Below, piece by piece: positions 1 to 7,901 of a stretch of 64,000 nt of DNA. This stretch comes from a virus. The notes beneath the pieces were generated by a model. That model was given only the letters and a program-made list of their open reading frames with translations. It ran no database searches and was not told the DNA's origin. The stretch lies in IMG/VR virus record IMGVR_UViG_3300030104_006433, positions 96,545-160,544 of that record; one strand, given 5' to 3'. A program made the translations under genes and the position numbers. The first letter of the stretch is position 1, and each line of letters opens with the position of its first letter.

Positions 1-2139
1 GTATTATCAGCTAAAGACAATTTAGAGTCTAGGGCAGCAAGTGATGAACTTACTATCATTGAATTCGCTTCTTACCCAGCTATCCTAATGGTATCAGGTA
101 AAGAATTGATTTCTGCTAAAGAAATGTTGAAGAAACAACAAGAACATTTAGCTAAGTTAGGAGAAGTTAAAGGTAATCTTCAAGACCAGATAGATTCTAC
201 TGAAGGAGATATAGATCCAGAACTTCAAGGAGAATTTGATAGAATCTCAAACGAATATGATAAAGTTTCTGAAGAAACTGATTTATTTGTATCAAATGTA
301 GATGCATATGATAGTGATGTAAAAGTAGCAGATAATAATGCTTATGTATATCATTTAGATTCTGATGAGGATGGTATTGCAGATCATTTAGATGGTGATA
401 AAGATGGTGATGGTGTAGATAATGAATTAGATGCATTCCCAATGGACGCAGACGAATCAGTTGATACTGATGGTGATGGTATAGGTAACAATGCTGATAC
501 TGATGCTGATAATGATGGTATTTCTAATGCGAATGAAATAATATTAGGAACAGATCCGTTAGATGCAGCAGATACACCTGAGTTAAACGCTATGATGAAA
601 TTAGGTCAGGAAGTTGGCGCATACTTAACTCAAAATCACCAAGATAAAAAATCACAGATTGAAGATCACTATACAGCAATGACAAATGATTTATCTGCTG
701 TAACTACTTCAAGAACAAAAGCGTTTAATCAAGAAAAAGAAGAATTAGCAGCAGAAAAAGATAAACAACAAACTAAATTAGCCACTGACAACAAAACTAA
801 AGTATTTAAAGCATTAGATTTTGTTGTAATGGAAGATGGAGACAGTGTTGATATCCCAGCAGCTATTCAATCTTTAAACTTAAATTCAGATGTTAAGCAA
901 CAGTTAATGGATTTAATCACTAGAACAAATGATACTCAAGAGACTAATTTTGAATCATTTACTCAAGATGTACAAGCATTCTTAGACTTAGTTGGAAATT
1001 TATCTACTGATGATACAGTTATAGCTGATAACAATTCCAAGTCTTTAGATCTATTAAGTGAGAAAATGACTGAAGTTATGGCTCAACTTCTAGAAAGACA
1101 TGATCAAACTAAATCTTCATTAGAACAATTAATTATTAAGATAGATAAAATAGTGGATTTAAGAGGAATGGGAGAAATGGAGGAATATTACTATGCAGAT
1201 GGCTATGCTTTAACTGATGAAGCTTATTTAGCAGAAAGAATCAAATTAAAAGCAGCTGTTGATAGTGGAGAGTTAGATTTAGCTAAATGGGCTGAAGAAG
1301 CTACACTATTACAATATAGACATATTGGTAATCCAGCAGTAAGAAATGATGTTGAAAGAAGATTCAGTATATTTATTGATCATGATTTCAGTGATTCTAT
1401 ATCTAAAGCAGCTAAAGTAGCTTCTTCATTAGCTAAAGCAGCAATGATTAAAGTTCAACTAGAAGACAATAAAGCTAATAGTGAATCTGAAGCTGAAAAA
1501 ATCAAAGGACTATTGGATGCAGGTGCAGAAGAATTAACAGGCCTTGAAACTAAGTATGCTGCTGAAACAGCTAAATATGCTGAAGAAAAAGCTAAAGCAG
1601 AACAAGCATTAAAAGAAGCTGAAAAAGCTTCAGAAGATGCGTGGAAAATTTATCAAGATGAAACTGATGCTGCAAAAATAGCACCAAAATTCCAAGATTA
1701 TTTAGATAAAAGATCTAAAGAAATGGATGCTAGAATAGCACATTCTAGAATAGTATATAGTTGGGCAGCAAGATCAATGGGATTTGAAAGAAATATTGAT
1801 AGACTGAAACAAGCTATCCCTGGGTATGACTCAGCATTTAAATCTTTATCAAAAACAGTAGATAAAGGAGCAAAAATGATAGCAATGCTTCAACATTCAA
1901 TTAGTCAAATTGTACAAGACGCAGTATCTGGAAATGTAAGTGAACTTACAGCATTATTGGCTAAAAAAGATGGACAATGGGCATCTGGAGCTGATATGGT
2001 TGAATCAGGAGAATGGTCAAATGCAGCTAGAGAATTTCATGCTAATTTCTTTATAAGAAATGATGAAGGTAGTTTAGTTGACCCAAAAATAATAGAACGT
2101 ATTAAGGGATATTATGAAGCGGCAGCAATAGGATCTTAA
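1..2139 (+). CDS. Large coiled-coil protein with thrombospondin type-3-like Ca-binding repeats (5' truncated; probable virion protein)
   Basis: Frame is open from base 1 (VLSAKDNLES...), so the true start lies left of the window; DxDxDG repeats; long A/E/K-rich helical segments. Confidence 0.6.
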   Translation, partial: VLSAKDNLESRAASDELTIIEFASYPAILMVSGKELISAKEMLKKQQEHLAKLGEVKGNLQDQIDSTEGDIDPELQGEFDRISNEYDKVSEETDLFVSNVDAYDSDVKVADNNAYVYHLDSDEDGIADHLDGDKDGDGVDNELDAFPMDADESVDTDGDGIGNNADTDADNDGISNANEIILGTDPLDAADTPELNAMMKLGQEVGAYLTQNHQDKKSQIEDHYTAMTNDLSAVTTSRTKAFNQEKEELAAEKDKQQTKLATDNKTKVFKALDFVVMEDGDSVDIPAAIQSLNLNSDVKQQLMDLITRTNDTQETNFESFTQDVQAFLDLVGNLSTDDTVIADNNSKSLDLLSEKMTEVMAQLLERHDQTKSSLEQLIIKIDKIVDLRGMGEMEEYYYADGYALTDEAYLAERIKLKAAVDSGELDLAKWAEEATLLQYRHIGNPAVRNDVERRFSIFIDHDFSDSISKAAKVASSLAKAAMIKVQLEDNKANSESEAEKIKGLLDAGAEELTGLETKYAAETAKYAEEKAKAEQALKEAEKASEDAWKIYQDETDAAKIAPKFQDYLDKRSKEMDARIAHSRIVYSWAARSMGFERNIDRLKQAIPGYDSAFKSLSKTVDKGAKMIAMLQHSISQIVQDAVSGNVSELTALLAKKDGQWASGADMVESGEWSNAAREFHANFFIRNDEGSLVDPKIIERIKGYYEAAAIGS
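358..579 (+). repeat. TSP3-like DxDxDG tandem repeats within the first ORF
   Basis: DSDEDGIADHLDGDKDGDGVDNELDAFPMDADESVDTDGDGIGNNADTDADNDGISNANEIILGTDPLDAADTP. Confidence 0.8.
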
Positions 2140-2167
2140 TAATATTAACATTAAAAATAAATAAAAA

Positions 2168-2686
2168 ATGGAAAATCAATTTGAAAGATTAGGCAAAGCG
2201 GTTCAAGACCAACAACACAGTAACAATCAAGTAGTGACTACTCAATATCAGTCAACTGAAGTAGATACTGTAGAAGCTGGTCGTGAAGCTATTCAAGATG
2301 TAGATAGATTATCACATATGGTGATAGCTGAATTCTCAAAACTAGGTAGTGAAACAACTGCTATGCTTTATCAAACTACTGATGATTTAGAAGTAGAATT
2401 ATCAGAACAAGAAAAAGCAGATGGAAAAGCAAACTTAGTATCAATAGCTACTGCTGTAGATAATTTAGATGAGACGCAAGCTAAGGAATTAGCTGACTGG
2501 TCAAATGCATCAACTACTAGTTTAAATAATGTTAAATCTGCACTTGGAACAACACAAAATTTCCTAGCAAATTTCAATCCAGAATACGGAGAAACAAATA
2601 TAGAAGGAGCTCAACAAGCGATATTTCAAAATATAGAATCTCTTCTTTCTGATGATAAAATGGAAATGAGAAAAGTGGCTGGATAA
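2168..2686 (+). CDS. Hypothetical helical/coiled-coil protein
   Basis: 172 aa ORF, A-rich leader, typical codon usage. Confidence 0.6.
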   Translation: MENQFERLGKAVQDQQHSNNQVVTTQYQSTEVDTVEAGREAIQDVDRLSHMVIAEFSKLGSETTAMLYQTTDDLEVELSEQEKADGKANLVSIATAVDNLDETQAKELADWSNASTTSLNNVKSALGTTQNFLANFNPEYGETNIEGAQQAIFQNIESLLSDDKMEMRKVAG

Positions 2687-2735
2687 CTTAAATATAAGGC
2701 TTATTTAATTAATAACATTTAAAAACATTATAAAA

Positions 2736-3158
2736 ATGAACCCAAATAATCAAATACAGACAATAGCAGAAGCAATTAAAAATTCTCAAACTTTAGGTTT
2801 AGCAGCTCATACTGATCATGTAAATGAACAAACTGATCAATATAAAGAGACAGCTAAAGAAGTTAATGATAGCTTTAAGCAAGCTGCTGAAAATAAAATA
2901 GCAGAAACTATGGCTTATATTGCTGAACAAAAAGCTCTTCAAGAGTCTTTTCGTAAGCAATTTAAAGAAGAAATAGTTCAATTAATGGATGGATCTCATG
3001 GTAAAGACGGATTCGCCCAATTAGTAACAGAGATGAACTCAGCAGAATCTAACTTTAAAGATTATATTAAAGCAGAAAAAGAAATAATCCAATCGGCTAT
3101 GGAAAAAATAGCAAAAGAGATAGGAACAGATTATTCTTTTGGTGATGGTCAAAAATAA
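2736..3158 (+). CDS. Hypothetical coiled-coil protein
   Basis: 140 aa ORF followed by a terminator. Confidence 0.6.
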   Translation: MNPNNQIQTIAEAIKNSQTLGLAAHTDHVNEQTDQYKETAKEVNDSFKQAAENKIAETMAYIAEQKALQESFRKQFKEEIVQLMDGSHGKDGFAQLVTEMNSAESNFKDYIKAEKEIIQSAMEKIAKEIGTDYSFGDGQK

Positions 3159-3195
3159 TAAATTGTAAACAGTATAAATACAATTAAATTAATAC

Positions 3196-3226
3196 AGGGG
3201 AGACTTAGGTCTCCCCTTTTTTTTTT
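3196..3226 (+). terminator. Rho-independent terminator
   Basis: AGGGGAGAC-TTAG-GTCTCCCCT stem-loop followed by a T run. Confidence 0.9.
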
Positions 3227-3240
3227 CATATTTCCCTGAA

Positions 3241-3248
3241 TATTTATA
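3241..3248 (+). promoter_or_regulatory. Putative late promoter TATTTATA
   Basis: Same motif recurs before structural and lysis genes (3755, 4039, 6230, 6810, 7878, 10338, 26778, 48291, 58696, 61370, 63608). Confidence 0.6.
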
Positions 3249-3278
3249 CGTAATAATGTTACATTTTTAAAGGGTATT

Positions 3279-3635
3279 ATGAGTATATTATCTGATCTGG
3301 GAACGTTCCTGGGGGAAAAATTTAGTTTAGTAAATCAAAACATTCAAGAAAACAAAGAAAGCTTAAGTTCTCTTGAAAATGAAATTACTGACCTAAAATT
3401 AGAGATAGAAAATCTTAAAATATTACATAATGAATATAAAGTAAAAGGAACAAATATTCCTGTAGACTTAAATATAGTGGCTTCTAATAAAGGAGTCACC
3501 TTTATGACTGAAAATGGCAACCAATATAGAATTCGTATTAATGATAATAAAAAACTTATAGTAGATGATATATTAAATAATGAAAATAATATAGCCGAAA
3601 TTCAATTAACAACAACTTCAAATGAAGAAGCTTAA
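3279..3635 (+). CDS. Hypothetical protein (N-terminal coiled coil, C-terminal beta-rich; possibly fibre-associated)
   Basis: 118 aa ORF downstream of TATTTATA. Confidence 0.55.
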   Translation: MSILSDLGTFLGEKFSLVNQNIQENKESLSSLENEITDLKLEIENLKILHNEYKVKGTNIPVDLNIVASNKGVTFMTENGNQYRIRINDNKKLIVDDILNNENNIAEIQLTTTSNEEA

Positions 3636-3700
3636 AGCAGTTTAAAATTGAGGGGGTTTTCTCCATATAGATAATATACTCGCCCCCTCAAACTGCTTTT
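3634..3700 (+). terminator. Extended bulged hairpin / terminator-like structure
   Basis: AAAGCAGTT..TTGAGGGGGT pairs with GCCCCCTCAA ACTGCTTT, followed by T/A runs. Confidence 0.55.
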
Positions 3701-3765
3701 TCAAAAAAAATTGGATTTCCTAAATTTCTTATTTACTTTGACATAAACATTTAATATTTATAATC

Positions 3766-4014
3766 ATGGAGAAAATAGTTTTATCAAAAGAAGAGTTAGA
3801 TAATTTAACTCAGTTACAAAAAGAACAAAATGAATTTGTACTTAAATTAGGTCAAATAGAGTATCAAATAAGTACATTAGAAAAATTTAAAAGAGATTTA
3901 AAAAACAACATAGAAAATTTTGAAGACAAACAAGTTAAGGTAGGTAATGAACTTAATGAAAAATATGGTGAAGGAACTATAAATTTAGAAAATGGTGAAT
4001 TCATTAAATCTTAA
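3766..4014 (+). CDS. Small coiled-coil hypothetical protein
   Basis: 82 aa, ends KYGEGTINLENGEF; directly upstream of the sheath gene. Confidence 0.65.
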   Translation: MEKIVLSKEELDNLTQLQKEQNEFVLKLGQIEYQISTLEKFKRDLKNNIENFEDKQVKVGNELNEKYGEGTINLENGEFIKS

Positions 4015-4068
4015 CCGCACTTTCGAAAATTTCTATAATATTTATAAACAAAATTAATTTTGTAGAAA

Positions 4069-6213
4069 ATGGCAGAAGTATTATTATCCCCAGGTGTATT
4101 AGCTAGTGAAACAGACCAATCTTTCCTATCAGCACAACCAGTACAAGCAGGAGCAGCAATATTAGGACCCACAGTTAAAGGTCCAGTTGGTCTTCCAACA
4201 TTAGTTACCACATATAGTGAGTATCAAAATAAATTTGGTGCTGTAGTAGAAAGTGGAAGTGCAGAGTATACTTACTTTACATCAATAGCAGCTTATAATT
4301 ATTTCCAACAAGGAGGAGATTCATTATTAGTAACTAGAATAGTAAGTGGTTCTTACACAACAGCTACTAGTTCAAAAGTTGAAAATGGAAACACAGCTAC
4401 ACCAGGAGCCACAGCTAGTGGAGATTACACTTATAATGTAACAGAACCAGGAACATCTGTAGAAGGAATTAGCATAGAAGGATTACAAGGAAACCCAATT
4501 GATGGAAATGCAGGAACAAAAATCTTTTTATCAGCCTCATCTAATAATGCTTTCATAGCAGCTGGTATATATTATTATACAGGAGCAGGACAAGGATTAG
4601 TAGATTCAATTAACACTAATTTAGGTGGAGTAGGAATATTTAATTATGGTATATCAGCATCATGGGATAATGTTGGTGGGGTAGTTACATTAAAAACTAA
4701 AAATGTAGGTGTAGTAGGAAATGATATTGATTTAAATGCAGGTTCTCAAGTCCAACTATACGCTGGAACAGCTACAAAAGAATTAGATTTATCTGGAGGT
4801 GTAGATGCTACTTTTAGCAACACATTTACTTTAGAAACAATATCAGAAGGAACAGATCAAAATAGTACAGGCTCAGAAGGAGCAGCTGGTAATTTAGCTA
4901 ATGGTACTAGAGATAATATTAGATGGGAAGTTGTTTCACCAAATACAGCCTCAGGTACATTTAGTTTATTAATTAGAAGAGGTGACGATATAACAACCTC
5001 AAAAACAGTATTAGAAACTTGGGCAGATTTATCATTAGACCCAAATGCTCCAAATTATATTGAAAAAGCAATTGGTAATTCAAAACAAACAGTCACTCAA
5101 GATGCTGGAACTGGTGAATACTATGTAAAAAATGAAGGAACTTATAACACATTAAGTAATTATGTAAGAGTAAAATCAGTAGAATCAAAAACATTAAATT
5201 ATTTTGATAATGCTGGAAACCCAAGACCAGAATATGTTGATTCTATCCCATTAGCCCAGTCAGGTACATTAGGTGATGCTGAAGGAACTGCTTTTGATGG
5301 AATTACAGCTAATTTTTATGAAAATATAGATGGTGGTGTTACAGGTAATACACAAGGATTAGTTGATGACAACTATACAATTTCAATTAATTTATTATCT
5401 AATAGAGATGAATACCAATATAACTTGATAGTAGCGCCAGGATTAACAATGCAAAGTCATTCATCACCATTAGCATCAATGATTGATATATCTCAACAAA
5501 GAGGAGATAATTTATCAATTGTAGATTTAAGAGATTGGGGATCAGGAATTAACTCAGTAACAGCTGGAGCTTCAGCTATAGATTCTTCATATGCTGCTAC
5601 ATATTGGCCTTGGTTACAAACAATAGATCCAGATTTAGGTCAACAAGTATGGGTACCAGCTTCAACAATGATGCCTGGAGTATTCGCTTTTAATGACACA
5701 GCAGGAGAAGCATGGTTTGCCCCAGCAGGTTTAAGTAGAGGTGGAATGTCTACAGTATTAAGAGCTGAAAGAAAATTAACAAATGGTAATAGAGATACTT
5801 TATACCAAGCTAATGTAAACCCAATAGCTACATTCCCTAACACAGGGGTAGTAGTATTTGGTCAGAAAACATTACAATCTAAAGCATCAGCCTTAGATAG
5901 AGTAAATGTAAGAAGATTATTAATAGCACTTAAAAATTACATTTCACAAATTGCTAATAATTTAGTATTTGAACAAAATACAATAGCTACAAGAAATAAC
6001 TTCTTAAGTCAAGTTAATCCATATCTATCAAGTGTACAACAAAGACAAGGTTTATATGCCTTTAAAGTAGTAATGGATGATAGTAACAATACACCGGATG
6101 TTATTGATAGAAATCAGTTAATAGGTCAAATATATATTCAACCAACTAAAACAGCTGAATTTATCTACCTAGATTTCAACATATTACCAACTGGAGCTAC
6201 TTTTCCAGCATAA
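4069..6213 (+). CDS. Tail sheath protein (T4 gp18-like)
   Basis: N-terminal LSPGV; C-terminal WFAPAG, NPI, GQKTLQ..SALDRVNVRRL, PTKTAEFI motifs. Confidence 0.95.
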   Translation: MAEVLLSPGVLASETDQSFLSAQPVQAGAAILGPTVKGPVGLPTLVTTYSEYQNKFGAVVESGSAEYTYFTSIAAYNYFQQGGDSLLVTRIVSGSYTTATSSKVENGNTATPGATASGDYTYNVTEPGTSVEGISIEGLQGNPIDGNAGTKIFLSASSNNAFIAAGIYYYTGAGQGLVDSINTNLGGVGIFNYGISASWDNVGGVVTLKTKNVGVVGNDIDLNAGSQVQLYAGTATKELDLSGGVDATFSNTFTLETISEGTDQNSTGSEGAAGNLANGTRDNIRWEVVSPNTASGTFSLLIRRGDDITTSKTVLETWADLSLDPNAPNYIEKAIGNSKQTVTQDAGTGEYYVKNEGTYNTLSNYVRVKSVESKTLNYFDNAGNPRPEYVDSIPLAQSGTLGDAEGTAFDGITANFYENIDGGVTGNTQGLVDDNYTISINLLSNRDEYQYNLIVAPGLTMQSHSSPLASMIDISQQRGDNLSIVDLRDWGSGINSVTAGASAIDSSYAATYWPWLQTIDPDLGQQVWVPASTMMPGVFAFNDTAGEAWFAPAGLSRGGMSTVLRAERKLTNGNRDTLYQANVNPIATFPNTGVVVFGQKTLQSKASALDRVNVRRLLIALKNYISQIANNLVFEQNTIATRNNFLSQVNPYLSSVQQRQGLYAFKVVMDDSNNTPDVIDRNQLIGQIYIQPTKTAEFIYLDFNILPTGATFPA

Positions 6214-6259
6214 AAATTAAAAAATTAGATATTTATAATTGAAAATAAATTAGAACAAA

Positions 6260-6748
6260 ATGGCAGTATTAGATCCCAATGAAATATTTTTCACCGCTTT
6301 TGAACCAAAGCAAGCTAACAGATTTATCCTTTATATGGATGGTATACCAAGTTTTATCATCAAAGGAGTTAGTGCTATATCATTAACACAAGGTGAGGTA
6401 ATATTAAACCACATTAACATTCTTAGAAAAGTTAAAGGAAAAACAGTATGGAATGATGTTACAATGACATTATTTGATCCTATCACTCCATCAGGTGCTC
6501 AGGCAGTTATGGAATGGGTAAGATTACATCACGAATCGGTAACAGGTAGAGATGGATATTCTGATTTTTATAAAAAGAATTTAACTGTAAATGTTTTAGG
6601 ACCAGTAGGTGATATAGTATCAGAATGGATATTACAAGGAGCATTTATTAAAGAAGCTACATTTGGTGAATATAGTTGGGACACTGAAAATGAAGCTAAA
6701 CAAATTGAATTAACACTTGGATTAGATTACGCAGTATTAAATTTCTAA
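6260..6748 (+). CDS. Tail tube protein (T4 gp19-like)
   Basis: FEPKQANRF, EWVRLHHESVTGRDGYSDFYKK, W.L.GAF; follows the sheath gene. Confidence 0.9.
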   Translation: MAVLDPNEIFFTAFEPKQANRFILYMDGIPSFIIKGVSAISLTQGEVILNHINILRKVKGKTVWNDVTMTLFDPITPSGAQAVMEWVRLHHESVTGRDGYSDFYKKNLTVNVLGPVGDIVSEWILQGAFIKEATFGEYSWDTENEAKQIELTLGLDYAVLNF

Positions 6749-6772
6749 TAAAAGAAATTAAAATCTCTAAAA

Positions 6773-6802
6773 GGGAGCTTGGCTATGTCAAGCTCCTTTT
6801 TT
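6773..6802 (+). terminator. Rho-independent terminator after the tube gene
   Basis: GGGAGCTTG-GCTATGT-CAAGCTCCT followed by a T run. Confidence 0.85.
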
Positions 6803-6846
6803 ATATTCATATTTATATTAAACAAGTTATTAACAAATAAAAGATT

Positions 6847-7587
6847 ATGGCAGAATTTAAGTTACCTACAGAGACAATAGATCTTCCCTCTAAAGGTTTA
6901 ATGTACCCTAAAGAAAATCCACTTTCTTCAGGTAAAATTGAAATGAAATATATGACCGCTAAGGAAGAAGATATTTTAACAAATCAAAATTATATAAAAC
7001 AAGGTATAGTAATTGATAAATTATTAAAATCATTAATTGTAAATAAAGATATCAATTACAATGATTTATTAATAGGAGATAAAAATGCTATTATGGTAGC
7101 AGCTCGAATTTTATCTTATGGAAAAAATTATGAGTTTTCATATGAAGGTGAATCTCAAAATATAGACTTATCTAAAATTGATCCTAAAGAATTAGAATTG
7201 GATTTATATAAAGATGGTAAAAATGAATTTGGATTTACTTTACCACATACAGAAAATAAAGTAACATTTAAAATTTTAACTCACGGTGATGAACAAAAAA
7301 TAGAATCTGAAGTAAAGAGTTTAAAGAAAATAAATAAACAATCATCAAGTGAAGTAACAACTAGATTTTCTCATATTATTACATCTGTAAATGGTAGTTC
7401 AGAAACAAAAGATATTAGAGAATTTGTTAATAATTATCTTTTAGCTAAAGATGCTAGAGAATTAAGAAAATATTATCAAGAAGTATCACCTGATTTAGAT
7501 ATGAAAGTATATCTAAACACACCTACAGGCGAAGAGGAGGTCGCGGACCTACCTATAGGTCTTAACTTTTTTTGGCCTGACTCCTGA
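6847..7587 (+). CDS. Baseplate hub assembly / tail assembly chaperone (T4 gp26-like)
   Basis: LPSKG..Y, MTAKEEDIL, L.GDK.AI...AR..SYG; ends FFWPD; lies between tube and tape measure. Confidence 0.8.
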   Translation: MAEFKLPTETIDLPSKGLMYPKENPLSSGKIEMKYMTAKEEDILTNQNYIKQGIVIDKLLKSLIVNKDINYNDLLIGDKNAIMVAARILSYGKNYEFSYEGESQNIDLSKIDPKELELDLYKDGKNEFGFTLPHTENKVTFKILTHGDEQKIESEVKSLKKINKQSSSEVTTRFSHIITSVNGSSETKDIREFVNNYLLAKDARELRKYYQEVSPDLDMKVYLNTPTGEEEVADLPIGLNFFWPDS

Positions 7588-7864
7588 TTATAGGGAATTT
7601 GTTTTTACAACTATTCATGAAATAGTTTTTCATGGTAAAGGGGGATATGATTGGAATACTGTCTATAATATGCCCATATGGTTAAGGAATTTAACTTTTA
7701 AAAAAATTCAAGAGTTTTATGAAAAAGAAAGTAAAACTAGGGCAGGCAATCCAGAAAAAAGTTGGGTAGATCCTAAAATGAAAAACCAAGCTAAAAGAGA
7801 AAAAAAGACAGTATCTCCACCTAGTTTTGTAAGACCTCAACAATCAAAAACTTCATATAAATAA
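7559..7864 (+). CDS. gp51-like chaperone segment, probably reached by frameshift from the gp26-like ORF
   Basis: Frame open from 7559: FFGLTPDYREFVFTTIHEIVFHGKGGYDWNTVYNMPIWLR...; first ATG only at 7670; T7 run at 7567-7573. Confidence 0.65.
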   Translation, partial: VLTFFGLTPDYREFVFTTIHEIVFHGKGGYDWNTVYNMPIWLRNLTFKKIQEFYEKESKTRAGNPEKSWVDPKMKNQAKREKKTVSPPSFVRPQQSKTSYK

Positions 7865-7901
7865 TATTAATTTTATATATTTATAATAAACTAATGTTAT
7901 A

